From NCBI GenBank assembly GCA_964588235.1, contig CAZPOZ010000001.1:1-50907 (forward strand): a stretch of DNA of 50,907 nt, given 5' to 3'. Below, in pieces: positions 40,584-49,275 of this stretch. The notes beneath the pieces are model-generated. The model was given only the letters and a program-made list of their open reading frames with translations, had not been told where the DNA came from and searched no databases. Each line of letters begins with the position of its first letter. The stretch's first letter is position 1. This stretch comes from an uncultured Planctomycetales bacterium. GTDB taxonomy: Bacteria > Planctomycetota > PLA2 > JAEUHO01. A program made the position numbers and the translations under genes.

Positions 40584-43283
40584 ATGCGCATCGTTCGTGG
40601 CATGCTGCGATGGGCACCCTGGAGCGGCCGCAGCCCCTCGGGCTCGGTCGGCGCGCTGGCCCTGCTGCTGGCGCTGACCGGCTGCGGCTCCGGAGGCGCG
40701 GACGGCTTCACGGCCGGCGCCGGAACCCTGGTGGTCAGCTCGGTGGCGCCGGCCACGCTCTCCGGCGTGGGCGGCACGGCGTTCACCCTCCACGGCTCGA
40801 ACTTCGCCACGGTCGCGGGGACGACGGCGCGTGTCCTGCTGCGCACCACCGACGGGTCGACGCCGTTCGGCGGGTCCTCGACGGTGGAGGTGCAGGGCAG
40901 CGTCACCGGACCCACCACGATCAGCGCCACCGCGCCGGGCGTGGCGATCTGCGGCGCGTCGGCCATCGCCGTCACCGTGGAGGTGATCCTGGAGAGCGGC
41001 CTCTCCAGCGGCCCGGTCGCGCTCGGTCTGACGATCGTCGGGCCCGACGTGGCGGCGGTGGCGCCGCCGACGCAGGCGTGCTACGCGCCCGGGCCCTTCA
41101 CCCTGACGGGCGGCACCAACCTGCCCCCGGTGGGCACCCCGCTGCTGGTCCGCTTCAGCGGCGGGCCGGCGCTGTCGTGGGCCGCCGGCACGGCCAACCA
41201 GGTGGACGTGCCGGCCACCGTGGCGACGGCGACGACCATCACCGGCGCGGCTCCCCCGAACCTGAGCACCGCCGACTTCACGGCCAACGTCCAGGCGCGC
41301 TTCACCGACGGCTCCTGCTCGAGCGTGCGCACGGTCGGCTACCTGGCCCCGCGGGTGTCCGGGATCGCACCGGTCTCCGTCCCCGCCACGCTGCCCACGG
41401 CCTTCACGTTGACCGGGGGTGCGAACCTGCCGCCGGTGGGCACCGCGCTGCTCGTGCGCTTCAGCGGCGGGCCCGCGCTGTCGTGGGCCGGGGGCACGGC
41501 CAACCAGGTGGACGTGCCGGCCACCGTGGCCACGGCGACCACCATCGCGGGAACCACACCCACGAACGTGAGCACCACGGCGTTCGCGGCCAGCGTGCGT
41601 CCGATCTTCGTGGGCGGTCCGGGCCTGGACGTGCTCCCGCTGGGCTACGACCCTCCCCCCGTGATCACCGACGTCCAGGCGCTGCGGGCCGAGGTGGTGA
41701 ACGGGGGGCGTACGTTCCTCAGCCGCTGCCCGGCGCCGCTGCGCGTGCTGGGCTCGAACTTCTCCGGGCTGGGCACGCTGGTGGTCCACACCCAGGCTGG
41801 CGGACCGGGCGCGCCCGTCGGCCCGGGGGCGCTCGGCGGGACCGTGGTCGTGACCGCGACGCAGATCGACGGGCTGAGCCCGGCGGACGCGACGGTCGTG
41901 GCCGACACCCAGATCGCGGTCACGTTCACCAACCCGGACGGGCAGAGCGCGACGTTCACCAACGCCAACCTGGTCCTGCGCACCGCCGGGCGCTACGCCA
42001 ACGCGAACGCCACCGCTGGGTACGCCGGCCTCAACGTCGAGATGGAGATGGCGGTGAACCCGACGGATGCGCGCCGGGCCGCCGGGCTGACCCACACGCG
42101 GCTGGCGACCGGCGCCGTGACCGTCTACCGCACGACCGACGCGGGCGTCACCTGGACCACCACCGACATCGACACGACGGTGGACGGACTCTCGGCCGGC
42201 GACCGGATCGACCCGCGCGCGGCCTACGACCGCTTCGGCAACCTGTACATCGCCTACTTCACGCGCACGCCGCGCAACCTCATGGTGCTGCAGAGCTTCG
42301 ACGACGGGGCCACCTTCCCCAGCCAGCAGCTCGTCACGCCGCCGTCGGCGAGCATCGACAAGGAGTTCCTGGTCATCGGCCCCGACGGCGCGAACCCGGC
42401 GCAGGACGCGATCTACGTCGGGTGGGACGACTTCCCCGGCAACTTCGTGGCCGGCGCCACGTGCACCGGCGCGGGCGCGCCGATGAGCGCCTTCTCCGCG
42501 CCGGTCCCGTTCTCCGACGCCCCGGGGGTGCGCATCTCCCAGTTCAGCAACGCCTGCGTCGGGCCGGACGGCGCGCTCCACGTGGTGTGGCAGGACCTCT
42601 TCGCCGACGGCGGCTCCGGGCCCGTGGACGTGATGTACGACGTCGACCCCGACGGCCTGTTCGGGCCCGGCACCTTCGGCCTGGACACGCTCATCGCGAC
42701 GACGAACGTGGGTGCGTTCGAGTCGGTGCCGGCGCAGGCCATCCGCACGATCTACTGCAACGCGGAGGTGGCCGTGCCGCACGCCGGGCCCCTCGCCGGG
42801 CGCGCCATCGTGGTCTACGCCGACGACGGCGTGGCCGGCGGCGACGACCACGACATCTACGCCGTCTTCGCCGACCCACCTCTCCCCGGGGTCTTCTCGG
42901 CCCCCGTGCGGATCAACGACGACCTGGGCATCACCACGCAGTGGCATCCGTCGGTGCGCGCCGACCCGGTCACCGGGGCGCTGGTCTGCGCCTGGCATGA
43001 CTGCCGCGACGACGCGGTGAACAACCGCAGCCACGGGATCTGGGCCTCGATGAGCCTGGACGGCGGCGTGACCTGGCTGGCGAACCTGCGCTGCTCCGAT
43101 GCGCAGAGCGATCCCGCCGACCTGACCGAGCCGTTCGGCAACGAGTACCTCGACTACCTGGGGTTGGCGATCTACGACGGCTGCTGCTACGTCTCCTGGG
43201 GCGACAACAGCAACTCGACCGGCGACAACGCGGACGCCCTGGGCGAGACCGACGCCTACGTGACGTTGTTCCAGCTGCGCTGA
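40584..43283 (+). CDS. Lipoprotein with tandem IPT/TIG-like Ig domains and a BNR/Asp-box (sialidase-fold) beta-propeller
   Basis: 899-aa ORF. Lipobox LLLALTGC. Four Ig-like repeats of the type P.TL...GGT.FTL.G.NL. Asp-boxes YRTTDAGVTWT and MSLDGGVTWL. The start could instead be the ATG at 40602. Confidence 0.8.
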   Translation: MRIVRGMLRWAPWSGRSPSGSVGALALLLALTGCGSGGADGFTAGAGTLVVSSVAPATLSGVGGTAFTLHGSNFATVAGTTARVLLRTTDGSTPFGGSSTVEVQGSVTGPTTISATAPGVAICGASAIAVTVEVILESGLSSGPVALGLTIVGPDVAAVAPPTQACYAPGPFTLTGGTNLPPVGTPLLVRFSGGPALSWAAGTANQVDVPATVATATTITGAAPPNLSTADFTANVQARFTDGSCSSVRTVGYLAPRVSGIAPVSVPATLPTAFTLTGGANLPPVGTALLVRFSGGPALSWAGGTANQVDVPATVATATTIAGTTPTNVSTTAFAASVRPIFVGGPGLDVLPLGYDPPPVITDVQALRAEVVNGGRTFLSRCPAPLRVLGSNFSGLGTLVVHTQAGGPGAPVGPGALGGTVVVTATQIDGLSPADATVVADTQIAVTFTNPDGQSATFTNANLVLRTAGRYANANATAGYAGLNVEMEMAVNPTDARRAAGLTHTRLATGAVTVYRTTDAGVTWTTTDIDTTVDGLSAGDRIDPRAAYDRFGNLYIAYFTRTPRNLMVLQSFDDGATFPSQQLVTPPSASIDKEFLVIGPDGANPAQDAIYVGWDDFPGNFVAGATCTGAGAPMSAFSAPVPFSDAPGVRISQFSNACVGPDGALHVVWQDLFADGGSGPVDVMYDVDPDGLFGPGTFGLDTLIATTNVGAFESVPAQAIRTIYCNAEVAVPHAGPLAGRAIVVYADDGVAGGDDHDIYAVFADPPLPGVFSAPVRINDDLGITTQWHPSVRADPVTGALVCAWHDCRDDAVNNRSHGIWASMSLDGGVTWLANLRCSDAQSDPADLTEPFGNEYLDYLGLAIYDGCCYVSWGDNSNSTGDNADALGETDAYVTLFQLR
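41151..41546 (+). repeat. Tandem 306-bp intragenic duplication (two adjacent IPT/TIG-like domains)
   Basis: The 90-nt cores at 41151-41240 and 41457-41546 differ at 5 positions by my hand alignment. The offset is 306 nt (102 codons), in frame. Confidence 0.85.
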
Positions 43284-43333
43284 CGACCCCGGAGGCGGCG
43301 CCCGGGCGTCGGCCGGCATGGCATGCTCCCGGG

Positions 43334-45172
43334 ATGAGGCCGCGCACGGTCTTCCTGCTGGGAGCGACGGTCGCCATCGGCTGGCTCGGGGCCGGCGCGG
43401 AGCGCTGCTCCCGCGAGCAGGCGCGGGCGCCCGCCCCGGGCGAGCGCGCGGCGACGGTCCCGTCGGCCGGCGTCGTCCGGGAGGGGGCCGGCCCGCGGCT
43501 CGAGGGGTCGGAGCGCATGTCTCCTCGGGAGGGCGCGGTGGCCGAGGTGATCGTGGGCGCGGCCCGTCCGACGCAGGCGCTTCCCAGCCCCTCCGGCGCG
43601 ACCGAGGTGGCGGGCGTCGTGATCGACGAGCGGGGGCGCGCGGGGCCGGCCGGCCGCGTGCGGGCCACGCGGCTCCTCTTCAGCGCGCCGGGGCCGGGCG
43701 CGACGCTCGTCGCGGCCGCCGTGCTCGAAGGGCGCTTCGTGCTGACGCTGCCCGCCGAGGGGCCGAACGACGTCCTGCTCGAGTTCGTCTCGGACGACGG
43801 CACGGCGTGGGCGTCGGCGCGCGTCACGGCGGTCCCGGGCCGGCGGCTCGAGGGCGTCGAGCTGCTGCGCGTGCTCGGCGTGCGGGTGCTGCTGCAGGTG
43901 CTGGACGCGGCGGGCGCGCCGGCGCCCGCGGCGGTCGCCGAGCTCGGGCGCGGCGGCGACCGCGGCGTCGAGCCGGTGCCCCTGGACGCCGAGGGCAGGG
44001 GCAGCGTGATCGTCCCCGCCGACGGCTCGTGCACGCTGCGGGCGAGGTCCGCCGACGGGCGCTGGTTCGCGGCCAGCCACGCGCTGGGCCTCCCGGGCGC
44101 GCAGGGTCCACTCCTCCTGAGGCTCGAAGGCCCTTGGGAGCGGGCCCGCGTCCGCGTGGTCTCCCAGCGCGCGGACCGGAGCGCGCCGGCGCGGGCTTCG
44201 GTCACCGTCGAGCGCCGTCCGGCCGTCGAGGCCCAGGTGGACGGGGAGCCCGTGGACGTGTGGGTGCCTCCCCCGGGCCGGGCGTTCGTCCTGCGCGCGC
44301 TCTCCTGGGACCTGGACGCAGGGGCGTCCGAGCACGTGCCGGACGACGCCTCCCGTGCGCGGCTGCTCGAGGGCGGCTGCGTGCTCGACCTGGGCGCCGA
44401 GCTGCGCTCGCCGCTGCCGCTCGAGGTCGTGGACGCCGCCGGCGACCCCCTGCCCCACCTGGACCTCTACGCCTCCGGCGAGTCGAGCCCGTCGCCGCAG
44501 TGGTGCGGCACCGACGCGCACGGGCGCGCCGCGCTCCGCTACCGGCGCGTGGGGGACGTGCTGCTCCTGCGGACGTCGGCGGGCGGGCCCGAGCGGGCGC
44601 GGTTCACGGTCCCGGCGGGCAGCGCGCCGCTGCGCGTGTCGTTGGCCGGCGTCTGGAGCCGCGTGGGCGGCTTCGTGCGCGGCGACTGGGCCGAGGCCCT
44701 GCCGCCGCCGGTGGCGCTCGAGCTGGCGGAGGGTCACGCCTCCGGGCGGGTGGACGTCCGCACGCGCCGCTGGGAGGCGACGCTGCTCGTGCCCGAGGGC
44801 ACGCCGGTGCGGGCGCGGGTGCCGTCGGCGACCGTGGTCCCCACGGCCGTCGAGGGCCGCACGGGGCGGCTCGACCTGGACGTGGAGGCGCGGCTGGGGG
44901 CGCTCGAGCTCGCCCCGCGGCTCGGGCCGCTGCTGCGCCCGCGGGGGCGGCTCGTGCTCGAACCCGTGGAGCGCGCGCCGGGCGCGCCGCCCCGTCGGGC
45001 GACCCAGGAGATCGACCCGCGCCACGAGCCGTGGGTCCTGTTCGTGGGGCTCGAGCCCGGGGGCTGGCGCCTCGGCTTCCAGCCCGAGAACGGCCCCGTG
45101 CGGTGGCACCCCGCGCCCGTGGAGATCGTCGAGGGGTTCCAGCGTGTGGAGCCCGACTTCGGGCCGCCGTAG
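43334..45172 (+). CDS. Hypothetical membrane-anchored or secreted protein with repeated beta-sandwich (carboxypeptidase-regulatory-like) segments
   Basis: 612-aa ORF. N-terminal hydrophobic MRPRTVFLLGATVAIGWLGAG. Recurrent G.V.D..G.P..-type strands (GVVIDERGRAGPAGRV, LQVLDAAGAPAPAA, LEVVDAAGDPLPHL). The domain assignment is tentative. Confidence 0.55.
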   Translation: MRPRTVFLLGATVAIGWLGAGAERCSREQARAPAPGERAATVPSAGVVREGAGPRLEGSERMSPREGAVAEVIVGAARPTQALPSPSGATEVAGVVIDERGRAGPAGRVRATRLLFSAPGPGATLVAAAVLEGRFVLTLPAEGPNDVLLEFVSDDGTAWASARVTAVPGRRLEGVELLRVLGVRVLLQVLDAAGAPAPAAVAELGRGGDRGVEPVPLDAEGRGSVIVPADGSCTLRARSADGRWFAASHALGLPGAQGPLLLRLEGPWERARVRVVSQRADRSAPARASVTVERRPAVEAQVDGEPVDVWVPPPGRAFVLRALSWDLDAGASEHVPDDASRARLLEGGCVLDLGAELRSPLPLEVVDAAGDPLPHLDLYASGESSPSPQWCGTDAHGRAALRYRRVGDVLLLRTSAGGPERARFTVPAGSAPLRVSLAGVWSRVGGFVRGDWAEALPPPVALELAEGHASGRVDVRTRRWEATLLVPEGTPVRARVPSATVVPTAVEGRTGRLDLDVEARLGALELAPRLGPLLRPRGRLVLEPVERAPGAPPRRATQEIDPRHEPWVLFVGLEPGGWRLGFQPENGPVRWHPAPVEIVEGFQRVEPDFGPP

Positions 45173-45182
45173 GACGCGCCGT

Positions 45183-46607
45183 TCAGCGAGGGGTCCAGAC
45201 CACGCCCAGCGGTCCCAGGTGGCTGGCGATGGCCCGGTGGGTGTCGCGCATCTGCCGGTCCACCTCGTAGGCGAGGTCGGCGGCGGTGCGGTCCAGGCCG
45301 TGCGTCCGCGCGTCCCCTCCGGCGTTCACCCGGTACAGGTCCGCCAGGCGGCGGCGCTCCGCCGAGGCCCGCCGGTCGGCCTCCGCGCGGGCCATGTCGA
45401 GGATGCGCACGCGGGTCGGATCCTCGGAGAGCAGGGCGTCGGAGAGCTGCTGGAAGCGGGAGCCGAGCACGCGCGCAGCCTCCCAGAGGACCTCCTCGAC
45501 CTCCCCTTCGCGTCCGGGGAAGGCCAGCGCCCGCAGGAAGGCCCGCGCCGCCTCCGGGTAGCGCCGCTCGAGCGCCTCCGCGAAGCCCACCTCGCTCCAC
45601 GCCGCCGCGCTCTCGCCCACCTTCGCCTGGACCCGCAGGAGCGCGGCGGCCACGTCCCCCGGCGTGCGCTCCGCCGTCCGCCGGCGGAGCGCGAGGCGCA
45701 GGCTGCGCCAGGTCGAGGCGCCGTCCGGGGCCCGGCGCAGCGCGATCTCGAAGCTGGCCAGCGCCGGCTCGACGCGTCCGGCCCGCATGCGCAGCTCGCC
45801 CAGCAGCACGTGCGCTGCCACGGTCGCCTCCCCAAGCGCGACGGCGGACTCGACCGCCGCCAGGGCGGGCTCGTAGGCCTGGCGCACGTAGGCGAAGCGT
45901 GCGTGCTCCCACCAGGCCGTGGCCGTCCCGAGGGACGCCGCGCCGTTCCGGCTGGCCTCCACCGCCTGCGCCTCGAGGCCGGCGCCGTCCAGGGCGGTGG
46001 CGTAGGTGCTCCAGAGCAGCGGCTTCTGGGGGCTCGCGGCGAGGGCCGCCTGCCAGGCGGCCTCGGCTGCCTGGGGGTCGCTCGCGCGGGTCCGGTTCAC
46101 CGCGAGGTGCACGAGCGCCAGCGTGAAGCCGGGGCGGTACTGGATCGCCCGCTCGTACTCGCGCCGGGCCATGTCGTGCTTCCCCTGCTGCTCCAGGGCC
46201 TGGGCCAGGCCGAACTCGGCGTCGGCCGAGTCGGGCTTGGCGGCGAGCGCCAGGCGCAGCTCCCGCTCGGCCTGCGGGGCCTGCGAGGCGATCAGCGAGC
46301 CGCCGATGGCCAGGTGGGCTTCGTGGACCGCTTCCGCCGGCAGCGTGCCCGGTTCCAGCGCTGCCCGGTACGCCCGCACGGCCTCGGCCACCTTGCCCTC
46401 CGCCAGCCGGGCCCGCGCCTCCGCCAGCCGCTCGGCCGGCGTGGGGGGCGGCGCCGCCGGCCGGGCGCCGCGACCCGCGCCGCCGCGGCCTCCGCCGTCG
46501 CCGCCGCCGCCGCGGGCGTGCCCGCGGGAAACGGGCAGGGCGAGCAGCCCCAGCCCCACCAGGAGGGCCAGGATCAGGCGCGCGGGGGAGAGGCGACGTC
46601 CGGCCAT
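45183..46607 (-). CDS. Secreted TPR-repeat protein
   Basis: 474-aa ORF. Signal-like RLILALLVGLGLLALPVSRG, a Gly/Arg/Pro linker, then repeated TPR-style helices (AEAVRAYRAALEP, FGLAQALEQQGKHDMARREYERAIQYRP). Confidence 0.75.
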   Translation of the reverse strand: MAGRRLSPARLILALLVGLGLLALPVSRGHARGGGGDGGGRGGAGRGARPAAPPPTPAERLAEARARLAEGKVAEAVRAYRAALEPGTLPAEAVHEAHLAIGGSLIASQAPQAERELRLALAAKPDSADAEFGLAQALEQQGKHDMARREYERAIQYRPGFTLALVHLAVNRTRASDPQAAEAAWQAALAASPQKPLLWSTYATALDGAGLEAQAVEASRNGAASLGTATAWWEHARFAYVRQAYEPALAAVESAVALGEATVAAHVLLGELRMRAGRVEPALASFEIALRRAPDGASTWRSLRLALRRRTAERTPGDVAAALLRVQAKVGESAAAWSEVGFAEALERRYPEAARAFLRALAFPGREGEVEEVLWEAARVLGSRFQQLSDALLSEDPTRVRILDMARAEADRRASAERRRLADLYRVNAGGDARTHGLDRTAADLAYEVDRQMRDTHRAIASHLGPLGVVWTPR

Positions 46608-46831
46608 GGGGGGCTCCGGCGGCCCCGCCGCGGGGCCACCTCCCGAAGCGGCGTTCCGGGCCGAACGCTACGGGTGGAGCCGCACGCCCGTGCGCTTGCT
46701 GGCGTCCAGGCGGGGGCCGGGGATGGACACCCGGCGGAACCCTCCGTCGCAGCCCCTCGCAAGGCGAGGCGCTGGGCTCTGCGACCTCCGCCCGCCGCGC
46801 GCAGCGAGGCGGCGCGCAGGGGCCGATGCGC

Positions 46832-47644
46832 CTACCTCGGCGGCGACTCCAGGGCCTGGACCACGAGCCGCGCCGTCTCGAGGCCGGAGAGGTTCTGCTG
46901 CCCCGTGATCAGCCTTCCGTCGGCCACGGCCAGCGGGCGGAACGGCGCGCCCTCCCTCCAACTCGCCCCCAGCGAGCGCAGGCGGTCCTCCAGGAGGAAG
47001 GGCAGGTACGACTTGCCGTCCTTCCCGACGATCTGCGCCTGCGCCAGGGCCTCCTCCTCGTTCGTGAAGCCCGTGACCGTGCGGCCCTTGACCAGGGGCT
47101 CGCTCCCCGACCGGAGGCCCACGAGCGCGGCGCTGCCGTGGCAGAGCGCCGCGACGACCTTCCCGCCGTCCCACATCGCCTGTCCCACGCGCGCGACCTC
47201 GGCGCTCTCGGGGAAGTCGAAGATCGCGCCGTTGCCCCCGGCGAAGACCACGGCCGCGTAGCGGGAGGGGTCGACCTCGGCCAACCGCAGCGAGGCGTCG
47301 AGCTTCGCCTTGTGCTCCGGGACGGTGAGGAAGCCCCGGGAGATCAGGTCGTGCCCGTTGATGCCCTTGGGGTTGCTCGGGTCGCTGAACGGGTCCACGG
47401 GGACCTTGCCCCCCTTCACGCTCGCGACGTCGATGTCGTAGCCCGCCTCGAGGAAGGCGAAGTAGGGGTGGGTGAGCTCGGAGAGCCAGACCCCCGTCGG
47501 GTAGCCCGTGGCACCCAGGACCGCGTGGCTGGTGGTCACGATCAGCACGCGGGGCCTGGCCGGCGCCGCCAGGGCCGGGGGCAGCGCGGCCAGGGCCAGC
47601 GCCGCGGGCAGGCAGAGTCGTCGGACGAGTAGGCTCAGCCGCAT
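46832..47644 (-). CDS. Exported DJ-1/PfpI (Hsp31-like, class I glutamine amidotransferase-like) protein
   Basis: In-frame ATG at 47644 (MRLSLLVRRLCLPAALALAALPPALAAP). VLIVTTSH...GVWLSELTHPY and the nucleophile elbow VAALCHGSAAL are present. Confidence 0.85.
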   Translation of the reverse strand: MRLSLLVRRLCLPAALALAALPPALAAPARPRVLIVTTSHAVLGATGYPTGVWLSELTHPYFAFLEAGYDIDVASVKGGKVPVDPFSDPSNPKGINGHDLISRGFLTVPEHKAKLDASLRLAEVDPSRYAAVVFAGGNGAIFDFPESAEVARVGQAMWDGGKVVAALCHGSAALVGLRSGSEPLVKGRTVTGFTNEEEALAQAQIVGKDGKSYLPFLLEDRLRSLGASWREGAPFRPLAVADGRLITGQQNLSGLETARLVVQALESPPR

Positions 47645-47720
47645 GGCAGCTCCGGGGGCGCGGGGGCTGGACGATTCCTCGCCCGCGCCCGGCACCCTAG
47701 CGACTGCCCGCCATCACGCA

Positions 47721-47759
47721 AGTACATCCCAAGTGGAATGTACTATCTATCTGGATAGT
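47721..47759. promoter_or_regulatory. Two inverted repeats in the only AT-rich patch of the window, in the DJ-1 / HxlR divergent intergenic region (candidate HxlR operators)
   Basis: AGTACAT-N10-ATGTACT at 47721-47744, and ACTATC-N6-GATAGT at 47742-47759 (inner core CTATC-tg-GATAG at 47747-47758). Confidence 0.4.
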
Positions 47760-47781
47760 TCAACGCCCTGGGAGACCGTCC

Positions 47782-48129
47782 ATGCCTGCCTTCGAGCTGC
47801 GGGGCCGCCGGTACAACAACCCCGTCGAGCTGGTGCTGGAGGTGCTGGGGGGGAAGTGGAAGATGCCCATCCTCTGGCGCCTGAAGGAGCGCGCTTGGCG
47901 CTTCGCGGAGCTGCGCCGCGACCTCGGGCGGATCACCGACAAGATGCTGGCGCAGCAGCTGCGGGAGCTCGAGCGCGACGGGCTGCTGACGCGCCACGTG
48001 GAGCGGGTCGTCCCGCCCCACGTCGAGTACGCGATCACGGCGCTCGGTCGCAGCGCCGTCCCGGCCATCGACGGCCTGAGGACCTGGGGGACTGCGCTCA
48101 AGCGGGCCCTCGCGGCGCCCCCCGCCTGA
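47782..48129 (+). CDS. HxlR-family winged-helix transcriptional regulator
   Basis: 115-aa ORF. VLEVLGGKWKMPILWRL...RFAELRRDLGRITDKMLAQQLRELERDGLLTR is the HxlR signature. It is divergent from the DJ-1 gene. Confidence 0.9.
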   Translation: MPAFELRGRRYNNPVELVLEVLGGKWKMPILWRLKERAWRFAELRRDLGRITDKMLAQQLRELERDGLLTRHVERVVPPHVEYAITALGRSAVPAIDGLRTWGTALKRALAAPPA

Positions 48130-48175
48130 GGAGGGGGCCGGGCCGGGCGACGATCCCGGCGCGCGCGACGCGTCG

Positions 48176-48832
48176 TCACGGCGCCCGGCGCGGCAGGCGC
48201 GAGAGCTCCGCGATGCGCTTGCGGAGGAAGGCCGCCAGCGCGCGCCCGCGGGCTGCGACGGCCTCCCGCTCCGCCTCGGGCACGCCCTCGACCTCCCCCC
48301 GCTGCACCGCGGCCGCCCGGGCTTCCACCTCCACGGCCGTCGTCCCGAGCCAGGCGACGTCGGCCCAGCGCTCCGGGCCGGCCGCGGCTTCCCGCAGACG
48401 CGGCACCGACCGCGGCGTGATCCCCAGCTCTTCGAGACGCTTGCGTGCCCCCTTCCTGCGGGCGGCAAGGGGCTCGAGTTCGGCCTCCAGCCGTCCGGCG
48501 TCCTGGCCGACGAGGTGCGGAAGGTGCTCGGCGATGCGCGCCTCGATCTCCTGGATCCGGCGTGCGCGCTCCACGTCGTCCAGCCCCGCGTCCCGCCGCA
48601 CGAACGCGAGATCCTCCGACCAGTCCACGAAGTCGAGGATCTCGTTGCGTCGGATCCCGGCTTCGACCTGCTCGGTGTCCAGGGCGGCGATCTCGTCGAG
48701 CACGGTCGCGCCAGGTTCCTGGTCCCCGCACCCCGCAGCCAGCAGCAGGACGAGGACCGGCGCCACCGCCCGCGCCAGGGCGCCAACCGGCGGCGACGCC
48801 AGCTCGGTGCACCGACGCGGCGGGCGGAGCAT
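48176..48832 (-). CDS. Hypothetical lipoprotein (helical, charged)
   Basis: In-frame ATG at 48832. Lipobox VLVLLLAAGC. The remainder is Glu/Arg/Ala-rich helical sequence with no recognisable domain. Confidence 0.6.
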   Translation of the reverse strand: MLRPPRRCTELASPPVGALARAVAPVLVLLLAAGCGDQEPGATVLDEIAALDTEQVEAGIRRNEILDFVDWSEDLAFVRRDAGLDDVERARRIQEIEARIAEHLPHLVGQDAGRLEAELEPLAARRKGARKRLEELGITPRSVPRLREAAAGPERWADVAWLGTTAVEVEARAAAVQRGEVEGVPEAEREAVAARGRALAAFLRKRIAELSRLPRRAP

Positions 48833-49106
48833 CCGCGGCCTCCTGCGACCGACGCCCGACCGCTGCGCACGCGCACCGCAGGTGCCCGCGCGAGGCCGGG
48901 CCGTCGTCGGGGCCAGCGTAGGCCGTGACGCCCTCGGACCCAAGGAAGCCGGACGGCGCCTGCCCTGGCCCAATCGGGAGCGCTGCTGCGCCCCAGTTCC
49001 GCGGGTCCGAAGTTCGAGGCGGGAGGGCGGAGGTCCGAGGGACCCCCGCCGGCAGGTTCCGGAGGGACGCGCCTAGCCACCGACGCGCTGGATGGCAGCG
49101 CTGCTG

Positions 49107-49178
49107 GGCGCCCCGCAAGCGGGGCGCCGTGGAAGGCCCGCAGCGGCGAGGCCGCCCCCGCCGCCGCTTGCGGCGGCG
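49107..49178 (-). terminator. Two perfect GC hairpins downstream of the McrA-type HNH gene
   Basis: GGCGCCCCGC-aa-GCGGGGCGCC at 49107-49128, and CGCCGCCGC-tt-GCGGCGGCG at 49159-49178. They lie 98-169 nt downstream of the stop at 49276. No U-tracts. Confidence 0.3.
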
Positions 49179-49275
49179 CTGGCACGCGCCGGCCTACGTA
49201 ACGAGCCGATGCGGGCCCGAGCGCCCCCAGCCCAGCGCGTCGCACCTTCCCGCCTCGAACTTGCGCCTCGCAACC

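Noticed and set aside
41151-41546. Near-identical 90-nt cores considered as a diversity-generating retroelement template/variable repeat pair.
   Set aside because: No reverse transcriptase gene is in the window. The mismatches are G/C transversions rather than adenine-specific. The copies are in-frame adjacent Ig domains of one gene.
39230-46607. Treating the OMP, IPT/TIG-BNR lipoprotein, beta-sandwich protein and convergent TPR protein as one envelope 'system'.
   Set aside because: The only evidence is adjacency and shared export signals. I recognise no secretion ATPase, usher or sortase-like component and no conserved coupling. They are reported as individual genes only.
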